A stretch of DNA of 64,000 bases from a virus. Its lineage: Duplodnaviria; Caudoviricetes. Under the pieces are notes generated by a model that was given only the letters and a program-made list of their open reading frames with translations, was not told the DNA's origin and searched no databases. The stretch covers positions 21,818 to 85,817 of the IMG/VR virus record IMGVR_UViG_3300031555_004271; one strand, 5' to 3'. Below are positions 20,280 through 29,579 of this stretch, piece by piece. How positions within the stretch are numbered: position 1 is the stretch's first letter; each line of letters starts with the position of its first letter. Position numbers and translations under genes: made by a program.

Positions 20280-21047
20280 ATGGCTAGAACTATTTTTAAA
20301 TGTCCATATTGTGATAATAGATATATAGCTAATGATAAGAAGGATTATCCAAAAGCTAAGTCTGCACTCTATACACATATGGAAACAACACATAAAGACA
20401 AATTAGGTGATTTATCACCTGCACAAGCTTACTTCAACTTTAAGTATAAAAAAACTCATGGTTCTTGTGTAATGTGTCACAAAGAGACTAAATGGAATGA
20501 ATCTGTCGAACGATATGAACGATTCTGTTCTGAAAAATGTAAAGAAGCTTATCGTGAAATGTTTAAGCAGAGAATGATGAAGAAGTATGGTAAAGAACAT
20601 TTGTTAGATGATCCTTCACAACAAAAAAAGATGCTCGAAAACCGTAGCATTTCTGGTAAGTATAAATGGAGTGATGGTAAATCAGAAACCAAGTATACTG
20701 GTAGTTATGAGAAAGAATTCTTAGAGTTCTTAGATGTGGTTATGAATATGTCTCCTACTGATGTATTTTCTCCAGCACCACAGATTTTCCATTATGAATA
20801 TGAAGGTAAAGACCATTTCTATATACCTGATTTCTATATTGCAACTTTAAATCTAATTGTTGAGATTAAAGATGGAGGTTCAAATCCTAATAACCATCAG
20901 AAAATTCAACAAGTTGATAAAGCTAAAGAAAAGTTAAAAGATACTGTAATGAAAAAGCAAAAAGAACACAATTACATTAAAGTGATTGATAAAGATTACA
21001 GTATTTTCTTAAACTATCTGTTAGAACTAAAGTATAAAGAAAATTAA
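20280..21047 (+). CDS. Zn-finger + PD-(D/E)xK (TnsA-like) endonuclease
   Basis: CPYC..H, CVMC, HFYIPDFYIATLNLIVEIKD. Confidence 0.75.
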   Translation: MARTIFKCPYCDNRYIANDKKDYPKAKSALYTHMETTHKDKLGDLSPAQAYFNFKYKKTHGSCVMCHKETKWNESVERYERFCSEKCKEAYREMFKQRMMKKYGKEHLLDDPSQQKKMLENRSISGKYKWSDGKSETKYTGSYEKEFLEFLDVVMNMSPTDVFSPAPQIFHYEYEGKDHFYIPDFYIATLNLIVEIKDGGSNPNNHQKIQQVDKAKEKLKDTVMKKQKEHNYIKVIDKDYSIFLNYLLELKYKEN

Positions 21048-21064
21048 AAGAGGTGAAATTAAAA

Positions 21065-21673
21065 ATGATCCTTAATGAAAAACAAATAGAAATGTATAAT
21101 GATTGTATTTTCTTAAATGAAGGTTTATTTAAATCTAGAGAAGAAAGACGACAGGAAAAAGAAAGAAAGCGTCAAGAAAAGGAAAGATTAAATAAATGTA
21201 AACAGGAAGCTTATAATCAAGCAAAGAATAATGCATTGAAAATGTGTCCTTCTCTACAATCAACTTGTAAGACAGCTATAACTGGTTTCAATAAACCAAA
21301 AATGCCATACCTGAAGATTGATACAGATATTAAAAAAATTAGTCAATGGATGTATCGTGGAGATAGTCCAAGTTATGAACATGGTGAGTATACGTTATAT
21401 TTTTTAATACTAACTGTACCACACCCATATGCAGATTCAATTAAAGGATATGAAAAAGATGAAGATGGTGAAAATATCGGTTATGCAAATAATTTAAAAA
21501 ATTATTTAGCCTATATCCATAATTCATTAGAAAAACGAATAGGTAATAAAAATTTTAAAATAGATGTTTTTAGAGAACATGAACATGGTGAAAAAGAATT
21601 TTATATATATGGAATTGATTTTAGAGAAGAATACAATAAAATCTTTGAATCATTAAAGAATAAGAATAATTAA
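21065..21673 (+). CDS. Putative virion head protein
   Basis: MILNE...FLNEGLF propeptide-like N-terminus. Confidence 0.45.
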   Translation: MILNEKQIEMYNDCIFLNEGLFKSREERRQEKERKRQEKERLNKCKQEAYNQAKNNALKMCPSLQSTCKTAITGFNKPKMPYLKIDTDIKKISQWMYRGDSPSYEHGEYTLYFLILTVPHPYADSIKGYEKDEDGENIGYANNLKNYLAYIHNSLEKRIGNKNFKIDVFREHEHGEKEFYIYGIDFREEYNKIFESLKNKNN

Positions 21674-21693
21674 AGTACAATGAAAATAAAAAA

Positions 21694-21730
21694 AAAAGAG
21701 ATATGGTTACAAAAACCATATCTCTTTTTT
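21694..21730. terminator. Bidirectional terminator
   Basis: aaaaaagagatatggtt-acaa-aaccatatctcttttt. Confidence 0.85.
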
Positions 21731-21732
21731 AC

Positions 21733-22380
21733 TTAGATTACTTCACCAGGTTTAGCACAAGATGCTAACATATCATAGATTCTATCATAGGTTTCCTTAG
21801 AAATTTTACCCATAATAGAATACATATTGTAGCAGATACTATTTAGATTTCTTAGGTCAATATTTGCATCATATTCAATGTAACCATTCATGAAAAGAAT
21901 ATGCATCATGAACTTATAGTTTTCGAAATCAATCTTTCCATTTCTGACATTTCTAGTAAATAGACCTACTAAGAATTGAGTATCATCATCCAATGTTTGC
22001 ATTTTACTAGTTACATTAGAATTGATATATTCTACAATTTGTTTAGTTTTATATTCTGTACTATTCAGACTACTAAGTTCATCATATCTCTGTTTAAAAG
22101 CTTCTGTATTAAGCTTTTCCTGAATTGCATTGAAAGGAATATGATACCAATTATCGATAAGAACTTTATCAACTTTAGTTCCATCAGGTCTGATAACACA
22201 GTTGAATTCTGCTACATACTTACCTACAGAAACTTCATCTTTACCCTCAATAGTAAACAGTACAGAATCACCATTTTCTACAGGAATCGTCTTGTCAAAA
22301 CATTCTCCTGTAATAGTAATTCCATTGTTTTCTTCTTCAGGATTCATCATATCCTTTTCTAAATCTTGAGCGTGAGGCAT
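21733..22380 (-). CDS. Hypothetical protein
   Basis: 215 aa ORF with RBS aggag. Confidence 0.65.
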   Translation of the reverse strand: MPHAQDLEKDMMNPEEENNGITITGECFDKTIPVENGDSVLFTIEGKDEVSVGKYVAEFNCVIRPDGTKVDKVLIDNWYHIPFNAIQEKLNTEAFKQRYDELSSLNSTEYKTKQIVEYINSNVTSKMQTLDDDTQFLVGLFTRNVRNGKIDFENYKFMMHILFMNGYIEYDANIDLRNLNSICYNMYSIMGKISKETYDRIYDMLASCAKPGEVI

Positions 22381-22392
22381 CTTTATTCTCCT

Positions 22393-23967
22393 TTACTTTT
22401 GATTTAAAACATTGTTGATTCTTTCAAATATAGCTTCACTGACTTTTGTATTAAAGTCACCATTTAGCATTTCTGTAAAGATTTCTTTCTTCATAGACAG
22501 AATATCAGAATCTTCTATGATAGAATTAATTCTATCTAGAATTTTTACATTTAGATTCTTTAATTCGCCTTTTATCATACTAGTAAGGATTTCATTCTTA
22601 ACTAATTTCAAATCCTCATCAGCTTTATGTCTTTCAGAACCAAGCCATCTACACATTTCAAAATTAGGATTACCAGATTTACAAACTGCAATACAGAAAT
22701 TGTTACTTATAAACCAATCATTATAATTGATTTTTTTAATTTCCATTAATTGATCCTTAAAATACTTGAGCATTTCTTTAATAGAAAAATATTTATCTCT
22801 ATCATGTAATAAGAAATCTACAAGATTTTCATCTTCAATATACTTACTAAACTTGACTACAAATTCCTTAAATCTCTTTTTATCATTTCTACTAAAGTCT
22901 ATAAACACATCTCTAGTAAATTTACTCCAATCGATTTGTCTACAATAAGTTTCATAGAAATCATTAGAATATCTACCGTAAAGAACATTAGGATTTATTG
23001 AGAAACTATCCCAGAGTATGACTTCTGGATTATGAGAATTTTTTTCTATGAATTTTTCAGTAAAATTTACATTTTGATTGATGTATATCCTATATCTTTT
23101 GAACATACTCTTTTGTTTGAATCTTAGAATAAGATTCTCAGTTATATTTTGAGTTCTAAAGATAGTAGTAAGAATATTATCAAATACATAATCTCTTCGA
23201 TTTTTCTCTAAATCTTTACATTTCTTTACTGTATTGAGAATTGTAAACAAATGATCCTCATCGAAATCATGTGAATCTAAAAGAGTTTCTAATAAATGAC
23301 TAGTAGACAAACTAAACTTGTAGATATCACTAAATTCTTTACCTGAACTTAAACTTTCAATCATAAACTGTAAACATTCTTTATCATAGGTCTGTTTCTT
23401 ATTACCATAGAAGGTAGATTCATCATAAAAGTACTTAAAGTACTTCTTTACATGCTTAGTCTCTAATGGAATATTTTTACTAAGAATAGTCTTCCAATTT
23501 AGTTTGTCAGCATATTTCTCAATAATCTCATCGTGTTTCTCAAAATCCAATCTATTAGAAAGTTCACTCGGATACAGTTCAGCAACTTTGAAAATATCTA
23601 CAAAAGACATAGTTATAGAATTGGTATCAATGATTCTTAAGAGGAATCTAAAATCGATAATAGGAAGATTTAAAATAAGATCCTTATAGGAGGTTCTTCT
23701 ACAATCTCCATAACAGTCATAGTATAGGTATGTACCACTTAAAGCCTCATCTTCACTACGACTACAATTAGATTTAACCCTTTCACCAGTTTCTTCATCG
23801 ATATGATAATAAATACATAATAGATCATGTACATTTGTCAGATCTACTAAACCTTTATAATAATCGTTTTTAATCATTGCATAGAACTTTCTTTCATCGT
23901 TGTCTTCAAATGTGAAGGTGTAAAAACCATCATCATCGTATAGTCTTCTTTTACGCATTTTCATCAC
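22393..23967 (-). CDS. Large protein with tryptophan-repeat-like units
   Basis: YADKLNWKTILS, FIEKN..ILWDSFS and YCRQIDWSKF units resembling the 51.5-55.4 kb family. Confidence 0.5.
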   Translation of the reverse strand: MMKMRKRRLYDDDGFYTFTFEDNDERKFYAMIKNDYYKGLVDLTNVHDLLCIYYHIDEETGERVKSNCSRSEDEALSGTYLYYDCYGDCRRTSYKDLILNLPIIDFRFLLRIIDTNSITMSFVDIFKVAELYPSELSNRLDFEKHDEIIEKYADKLNWKTILSKNIPLETKHVKKYFKYFYDESTFYGNKKQTYDKECLQFMIESLSSGKEFSDIYKFSLSTSHLLETLLDSHDFDEDHLFTILNTVKKCKDLEKNRRDYVFDNILTTIFRTQNITENLILRFKQKSMFKRYRIYINQNVNFTEKFIEKNSHNPEVILWDSFSINPNVLYGRYSNDFYETYCRQIDWSKFTRDVFIDFSRNDKKRFKEFVVKFSKYIEDENLVDFLLHDRDKYFSIKEMLKYFKDQLMEIKKINYNDWFISNNFCIAVCKSGNPNFEMCRWLGSERHKADEDLKLVKNEILTSMIKGELKNLNVKILDRINSIIEDSDILSMKKEIFTEMLNGDFNTKVSEAIFERINNVLNQK

Positions 23968-24166
23968 CTTTATGTTTTAGATTTCTTTCAACTTCGTTTA
24001 AATAGATTTGATCGATACTGACAAATTCTTGCCTAGTATCTTTTTTTATTCTATATGTTATGTTTGACTTAGCTTTTTGAATAGATGGTGCAGTAGTGTA
24101 TGCTTTATAGTTTCCGATAAAACCACTGTTACTATATACGGGTCCGTCATACAAGTATGTTTTCAT
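23951..24166 (-). CDS. Small hypothetical protein
   Basis: RBS aaggag; TATATATACTAA motif upstream. Confidence 0.6.
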   Translation of the reverse strand: MKTYLYDGPVYSNSGFIGNYKAYTTAPSIQKAKSNITYRIKKDTRQEFVSIDQIYLNEVERNLKHKGDENA

Positions 24167-24299
24167 GTTGTCATTCTCCTTTTTAGTATTTATCATTGGT
24201 TTCTACAATTAGTATATATATTTAAAAACCAATTAGGTACTTTTTATAGAAAAAACATGGAAAAACAACCTTTTAATTTCCATTAAAGAAGGTGTATTT

Positions 24300-24779
24300 A
24301 TGAGTTTCATAGACAAACTAGCCATTTTTATATCTAGAACTGCCAAAGTAGCCAATATAGTTTCAAAAGGACTTTCCATCTCAGATGAAGTTATAAAAGA
24401 ATTCAGTAAAAGTGGTACTGATCCTAGATTATCCAGACCTGTTAGAGAAATAATGGAAGTATTAGATACATACAATATCCGTTATGAAACTGAAAAGAAG
24501 TTTGATGATTGTAGAAACATCCGTTGTTTACCATTTGATTTTTGCATTTATACTAACAACAGATTTTTCTTAATAGAGTATGATGGATTGCAACACTATG
24601 AACCTTGTTTTGGATTAAATGAAGAACAGAAATTAGAGAACTTTAATCGTACTAAATACAATGATAGTATAAAAGAACAGTATTGTCGGGATCATAACAT
24701 TACACTTCATAGAATTAGGTATGATGAAGATCATGTAACAAAAATTACAGCTATTCTAAGAAGACATAGAATGATATAG
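24300..24779 (+). CDS. PD-(D/E)xK endonuclease, DUF559/Vsr-like
   Basis: YETEKKFDDC..CLPFDF..LIEYDGLQHY..DSIKEQYC..I.L.RIRY. Confidence 0.75.
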   Translation: MSFIDKLAIFISRTAKVANIVSKGLSISDEVIKEFSKSGTDPRLSRPVREIMEVLDTYNIRYETEKKFDDCRNIRCLPFDFCIYTNNRFFLIEYDGLQHYEPCFGLNEEQKLENFNRTKYNDSIKEQYCRDHNITLHRIRYDEDHVTKITAILRRHRMI

Positions 24780-24813
24780 GATTAAGACTTTTAAAGTCTT
24801 AATCCTATTATTT

Positions 24814-25608
24814 TTATTCATCATCTTCAAATACTACTGTTAAGTAAATAGTACCACTTTCGCCAATAGCATATGTTTCATCTTCAATATCTGTAGTATC
24901 TACAATTTTTTCAATAAAACCTAATTCTTCAACTAGATCAAATGTGTCCTTATTAATCTTATAGAACATTAGAGTATCTAATTCAACTACAGTTATAGAA
25001 TTATCAATTTCCTCTTCTTGAGTCTCATCTAGATTAGTTATAATAGTTTCTTCATCATCTATAGGAGTATATGATTGATCGTCTTCATTGTAAACAACAG
25101 CAATCGTATCATTCTCAATACTAGTTGTGCTTTCTACAATACTATCGATATTCAAATCAGTTAGTTCATCATCTAACATTTGATCGATACTACTCTCATC
25201 GTATATAACAGCTTCTTTAGAAAGTTGATGTTTATCAGGTATATATTGGAATTCATTAGCAATCTTCTTATATAGTTCAGCAGTGAAAGAATCCAAACCT
25301 TCAGAAGATTCTTTAGAAGCATTTTTCTCCTTAAATGCAAAGTCTGTAATGTTTTTCTTCATATCAGCTTTTTGCTTTATATAATTCAGTTTTGCAGTTT
25401 TAAGGGATATCAAGTTACTAGTTTGATCTTTAACGAATGATAGACTTCCTCTAGCTTGTGATCCTTTTATAGCATCAAAATGTCCTTTTAATTCACTGTA
25501 TAAACTATCTAACTCATCGATCTCTTTATTGATCATTTCCATTTCATCATCAAAAAGACTCTTATCATACATTGATTCTTGTTTCTTTTCATTAGTCACT
25601 TCTATCAA
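24814..25608 (-). CDS. Hypothetical coiled-coil/acidic protein
   Basis: 264 aa ORF; late promoter at 25635-25646. Confidence 0.6.
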   Translation of the reverse strand: MIEVTNEKKQESMYDKSLFDDEMEMINKEIDELDSLYSELKGHFDAIKGSQARGSLSFVKDQTSNLISLKTAKLNYIKQKADMKKNITDFAFKEKNASKESSEGLDSFTAELYKKIANEFQYIPDKHQLSKEAVIYDESSIDQMLDDELTDLNIDSIVESTTSIENDTIAVVYNEDDQSYTPIDDEETIITNLDETQEEEIDNSITVVELDTLMFYKINKDTFDLVEELGFIEKIVDTTDIEDETYAIGESGTIYLTVVFEDDE

Positions 25609-25715
25609 CTCCTTTCAAAAAAAGGTAAAAATTTTATAGATTTGTTATTCTCTATACTTTTCTGTATAAAGAAATAAGAGAAGAGGGGTTACCTCTTCTC
25701 TTATTATAATTTTTA

Positions 25716-25799
25716 TCACAAAGGTCTCTCACTTACATAATTTACATCTAAAATATCTTGAGTACGGTTTGTTTTCATATATAGGGATGGTGTATACAT
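25716..25799 (-). CDS. Micro-ORF, 27 aa (MYTPSLYMKTNRTQDILDVNYVSERPL)
   Basis: AAGGAG RBS 7 nt upstream, AACA-N6-TA at 25817-25828, terminator hairpin 25676-25705. Confidence 0.55.
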   Translation of the reverse strand: MYTPSLYMKTNRTQDILDVNYVSERPL

Positions 25800-25931
25800 T
25801 TTAAAACACTCCTTTGTAAACTAATGTTCCTATAGAGTTAAAGAACTAGTTTACGAATTTTGAAAGGTTAACTCTTAGTAACTCTTTAATGATATATAGA
25901 TATAAAGACTAATAATGCGTAAAGATTCTTC

Positions 25932-27667
25932 TTAATCTCTAGTTAGAGTGTATAATGTCTGAATACCCTCATTACGAAGAACTCTAGTAGTTTTACCTGT
26001 AACGTCTAGTAGGTATTTAGATGAGTTAATCAACTTTTCACATTCAGCATTTGCTTCTTGTGAGTAGACAGATCTTAGTGAAACCGTGTCACCGTCAAAC
26101 AATAATCTTATGCTTTAGAATTGTTAATTCTAAAATGCTTTGTATTTCAATACAAAGATGAGACTATATCTTTATATTCTCATTTTCACTATACTTATAG
26201 TGTAAATTAGTCGTTGAACTAGTATAATTCTAGCTGCTGATTATCCTTTAGGATTTTCCAGCAATTAAAGAACTTTATAGCGAACTTTTATGGTTAATCC
26301 GCTCCCAATGCTTCCAACATGGTATTATGAGGTATAATGGTGTCAATATAGTTGATATTTTCATCTATAACAGGACTATCCTCACTCCTAGTAATTACAG
26401 GATACTCATCATAGTATTTATTGGCAATCTCAATCTGTTGAGTCTTATAAGTAGTCATTATCTTGATTCTACTAGGGTAAATACTTTGATAGTTTTCAAT
26501 AGGAAATCGAGTAACATATACATGTTTATCTTTACATACTCTAGTAGCGACAATATAGATAAGATCTAGTAGAGTAAACTGTCTTTTAAGCTCGTCTTGG
26601 AATAGATTTAATGGAGTATCTTTTACACTACCATCATCCATCTTAACAGGAACTAAAATAGGGTCTAGTCTGTTATCAGGAGATTTGATGTAAAGATTCA
26701 ACATTCCCTTGATCTTCTCAGTTGTAAACTTGGACATTGGATTCACCAGTGTATAGTACTTTCCATTAGCAGCTTTAAGTTCACGTACTGAAGCAAAAGT
26801 TTCTCTAGCAAAATTATCAATCTCATATTGGAAGAAAGGATAGAAAAGGTTACATAAATGGGATAAAGGAATACCAGTATATGTAAACTTTACTAACTGA
26901 TCTGCAGGTTTATTGGAATTAACACGACCTGCTGAGATAACACCTCTAGTACTATAGTCCACTGTCTTGCCGAGCAGACTATTCTTGAGAAGTCCACTCT
27001 TACCCTTAATATAGCTAGTCAAGTATTCATAAATCTCAACTAATTGTTTCTGTAATCTACTTTCAGTAATATGACCCATAAAATCAAAGTCACTATTAGA
27101 ACTAGCTAGGGAAATTAGATTAGCATACATTTTGTTAATCTCATCTTCAGAAACTTTACCATGGTCTAATTTCTGTATATTAGAATCTCGGTAGGATGCA
27201 GGAATTACCAACCAGTACTTGACAAAGATCTCATCAATATCTAACTTGTTAAGTAAGTCTATAGTTCTATCACGTTCACCAGATCCAGATTTTTTGAACT
27301 TTAGTTTCTTAAAGTTGTCATACAACCAATTAATACCAGTATTACCATTTACATTGTCGGCAACTAACTCGCCTTTCTCATTAATTGAGAAATAACCACT
27401 ACCATCAATGACTCTGACAAAGTTTCTATTCATCTTAGTAAGTCTCTGGTATAATAAAGGATGTAGAAAATGTCCTTTTAAATCTATATATCCGAATAAG
27501 GTTCTTCTATCATAACTACCAACTTGACCAAAGATTCTATAAGAAAGTAGACCGTCATCAGTAGGATACCATCCTTGATCGAATCTAATTGGATTAGTAA
27601 CTTCCTGTAAATTGTTTACTTTTATGAATTTTTCTAGGTTACAAATATCTATCTTCAAAGGAAACAT
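25932..27667 (-). CDS. Virion RNA polymerase beta' N subunit, complement(join(25932..26099,26297..27667)); LGAD|FDGD split by group I intron
   Basis: DGLLSYRIFG, GYIDL, LLGKTVDYSTRGVI and VTRFP motifs; exon 2 FDGDTVSLRSV...TLTRD* restores the catalytic motif. Assigned to the virion enzyme because the 2-606 copy matches the non-virion one. Confidence 0.88.
26100..26296 (-). mobile_element. Group I intron (197 nt, no ORF) in vRNAP beta'N
   Basis: Exon gcggat pairs with gttcgc (P1); terminal G at 26100; core aattgctggaaa, gttcaacgacta (26208-26219), aagatatagtct (26161-26172). Confidence 0.92.
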
Positions 27668-27761
27668 CCTCCTTTCATTATTTTTCTATAATTGTTTGTT
27701 CTAGGATATAAAAATTGACAAAAAAAGATGATAGTTTTTAGAAAACTATCATCTTTGTATT

Positions 27762-28502
27762 TTAAATCACATCCATATAGAATGTTTGTAAGTTGTAGTT
27801 ATCTACTAGTTTAGTAAATCTTTCATCAGGTTTGTTATAACCATAACTAGGAATCAGGATTTCATTACCAAAACCCTGACCATACAGTACTATATCATAG
27901 ATACACTCTAATCTATCATCTGCAAATATATCCCACTTAATTCCCATTTCCATAATAGGAATAGACTTTCTAGTATCAATAGTTGGAATAAACTCTATCT
28001 TTTCTGGATGAGCACAATCTTTAAAAAATTCTGCAGTACAATCTATTTTTGCATTGATTGAAGTATCAGATAGACAATGGGATACAATATAGATTTTCTC
28101 ACAATATTCTTGATCTACATATTGTCGCAGGGAATATGCAAATTTTGTAAATGGAATATCCTTATAGAAATCTGGATGATTGAAGAAATCTGTAACTTCT
28201 TCTACAATATGCTTTGGTACTTCATCTACATCATTACGTTTTAACCAATCACAAGTATAGTACTTAGTTCTATCATACAGAAAACGATTAGACATTGGTC
28301 GAATGTTCATATACTTGCGATATTCCTCTAGATTCTTAGACTCTAGAATCATTTTCAGTTGCTTTGGTACGATTAAAGCTAGTGTATCATCAAAATCTGT
28401 TACTAGTACTTTAGGCTCTTTACCAGTACGTTCCGCTGCTTCTTGTGGTGTTTGTATGATGTTATAAGGTTTGACTTCTCTACCATTAAACAACATAATC
28501 AA
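27762..28502 (-). CDS. HAD-superfamily phosphatase, 5'(3')-deoxyribonucleotidase-like
   Basis: LVTDFDDTL (DxDxT) motif I, IVS motif II, K, FADDR motif IV. Confidence 0.7.
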   Translation of the reverse strand: MIMLFNGREVKPYNIIQTPQEAAERTGKEPKVLVTDFDDTLALIVPKQLKMILESKNLEEYRKYMNIRPMSNRFLYDRTKYYTCDWLKRNDVDEVPKHIVEEVTDFFNHPDFYKDIPFTKFAYSLRQYVDQEYCEKIYIVSHCLSDTSINAKIDCTAEFFKDCAHPEKIEFIPTIDTRKSIPIMEMGIKWDIFADDRLECIYDIVLYGQGFGNEILIPSYGYNKPDERFTKLVDNYNLQTFYMDVI

Positions 28503-28622
28503 TAATCATTCCTTTCTATAAAAATTTGCTAAAAAATAAAGGACTGTATAAATATACAGTCCTTTATTCCATCTGATAACTAATCGATTATGCCTTTAGA
28601 AATATAGAAAGGTAAATCGCTA

Positions 28623-29465
28623 TCAGTCATCCTCCTCATCGTCATCATCTAACAAAGCCTTCATGTTAGAAGCCTTAGTTAGACTAGAAGAAGGCTTTCT
28701 ACCAGTTTTTCTAGGAGTTACTTCCTCTTCATCTTCATCATCTTCAGAAATGGCTTCAGCTCTCTTAGAACCTAGAGTGCTACGTACAGAACGCTTTAAA
28801 CCACCAGCTACCTTGCCGCCAGACTTAGCTTCACCACTTCTACCATTAATAGTAAAACCATTAACTTCAAATACGGAGTCTACTAGGCCAGATACCATAC
28901 CATAAGCAGTATTGAATAGTTCCTTAATAGCTACGATATCCATATTGACAACATCTTCAGATTCTACACCTTCATCATTGTAGAATCTTAGAGTCTGGTC
29001 GTTGCTCAATACATGCTTGTATTCTGCAGTAACTTCTGCATTCTGCACATAAGTAATGTAGACAGATACGCCATCTTCTTCAGCTACGATTTCAAACTGA
29101 GAACCATTGTTAGACTGAGCAGAGATATGGTTGATAATGATACCACCGATAGTACCTGCATCCATATCATTAGTGGGGAACATCTGCTCTAGCTGATACT
29201 TTACCTTTGATACTTCAAGTGCAGAGAAGTTAAAGTAACCATTATCAAAAGTACCATCTTCGTTCTTAACGAACTTACCATCATCGTCCAGAGTCTGAAT
29301 TTTTAGAACCAGTTCATAGAAATTCTTATCAGACTTTCTTAGTGCTGCCAATAGAACTGTCTTATTCTCTCTCTGCCAATAGTTGGGACCACTGTTGCCC
29401 CACTTGTAAGTAATCTTTTCTCTTTCATTATTATTGCTTTTACTACCCTTATTAACTACTGCCAT
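28623..29465 (-). CDS. Putative single-stranded DNA-binding protein
   Basis: Acidic C-terminal tail LLDDDDEEDD, high-expression codon bias, next to DNA polymerase; function inferred. Confidence 0.45.
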   Translation of the reverse strand: MAVVNKGSKSNNNEREKITYKWGNSGPNYWQRENKTVLLAALRKSDKNFYELVLKIQTLDDDGKFVKNEDGTFDNGYFNFSALEVSKVKYQLEQMFPTNDMDAGTIGGIIINHISAQSNNGSQFEIVAEEDGVSVYITYVQNAEVTAEYKHVLSNDQTLRFYNDEGVESEDVVNMDIVAIKELFNTAYGMVSGLVDSVFEVNGFTINGRSGEAKSGGKVAGGLKRSVRSTLGSKRAEAISEDDEDEEEVTPRKTGRKPSSSLTKASNMKALLDDDDEEDD

Positions 29466-29528
29466 TTAAAATCTTCCTCCTTAAATTTTTGGGTGTGTTA
29501 AATGTTAAAACTAGATTTAATAGAATTA

Positions 29529-29575
29529 TTAAAACAGTTTCTAAATGTATTATATATGTTTAGAAACTGTTTTAA
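29529..29575. repeat. Perfect 17-bp inverted repeat enclosing a TATATA motif
   Basis: ttaaaacagtttctaaa-N13-tttagaaactgttttaa. Confidence 0.85.
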
Positions 29576-29579
29576 CATT

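Noticed and set aside
28570-28625. Imperfect hairpin in the 3' UTR of the putative SSB
   Set aside because: Most simply an mRNA stability or processing stem next to a terminator; no independent ncRNA evidence
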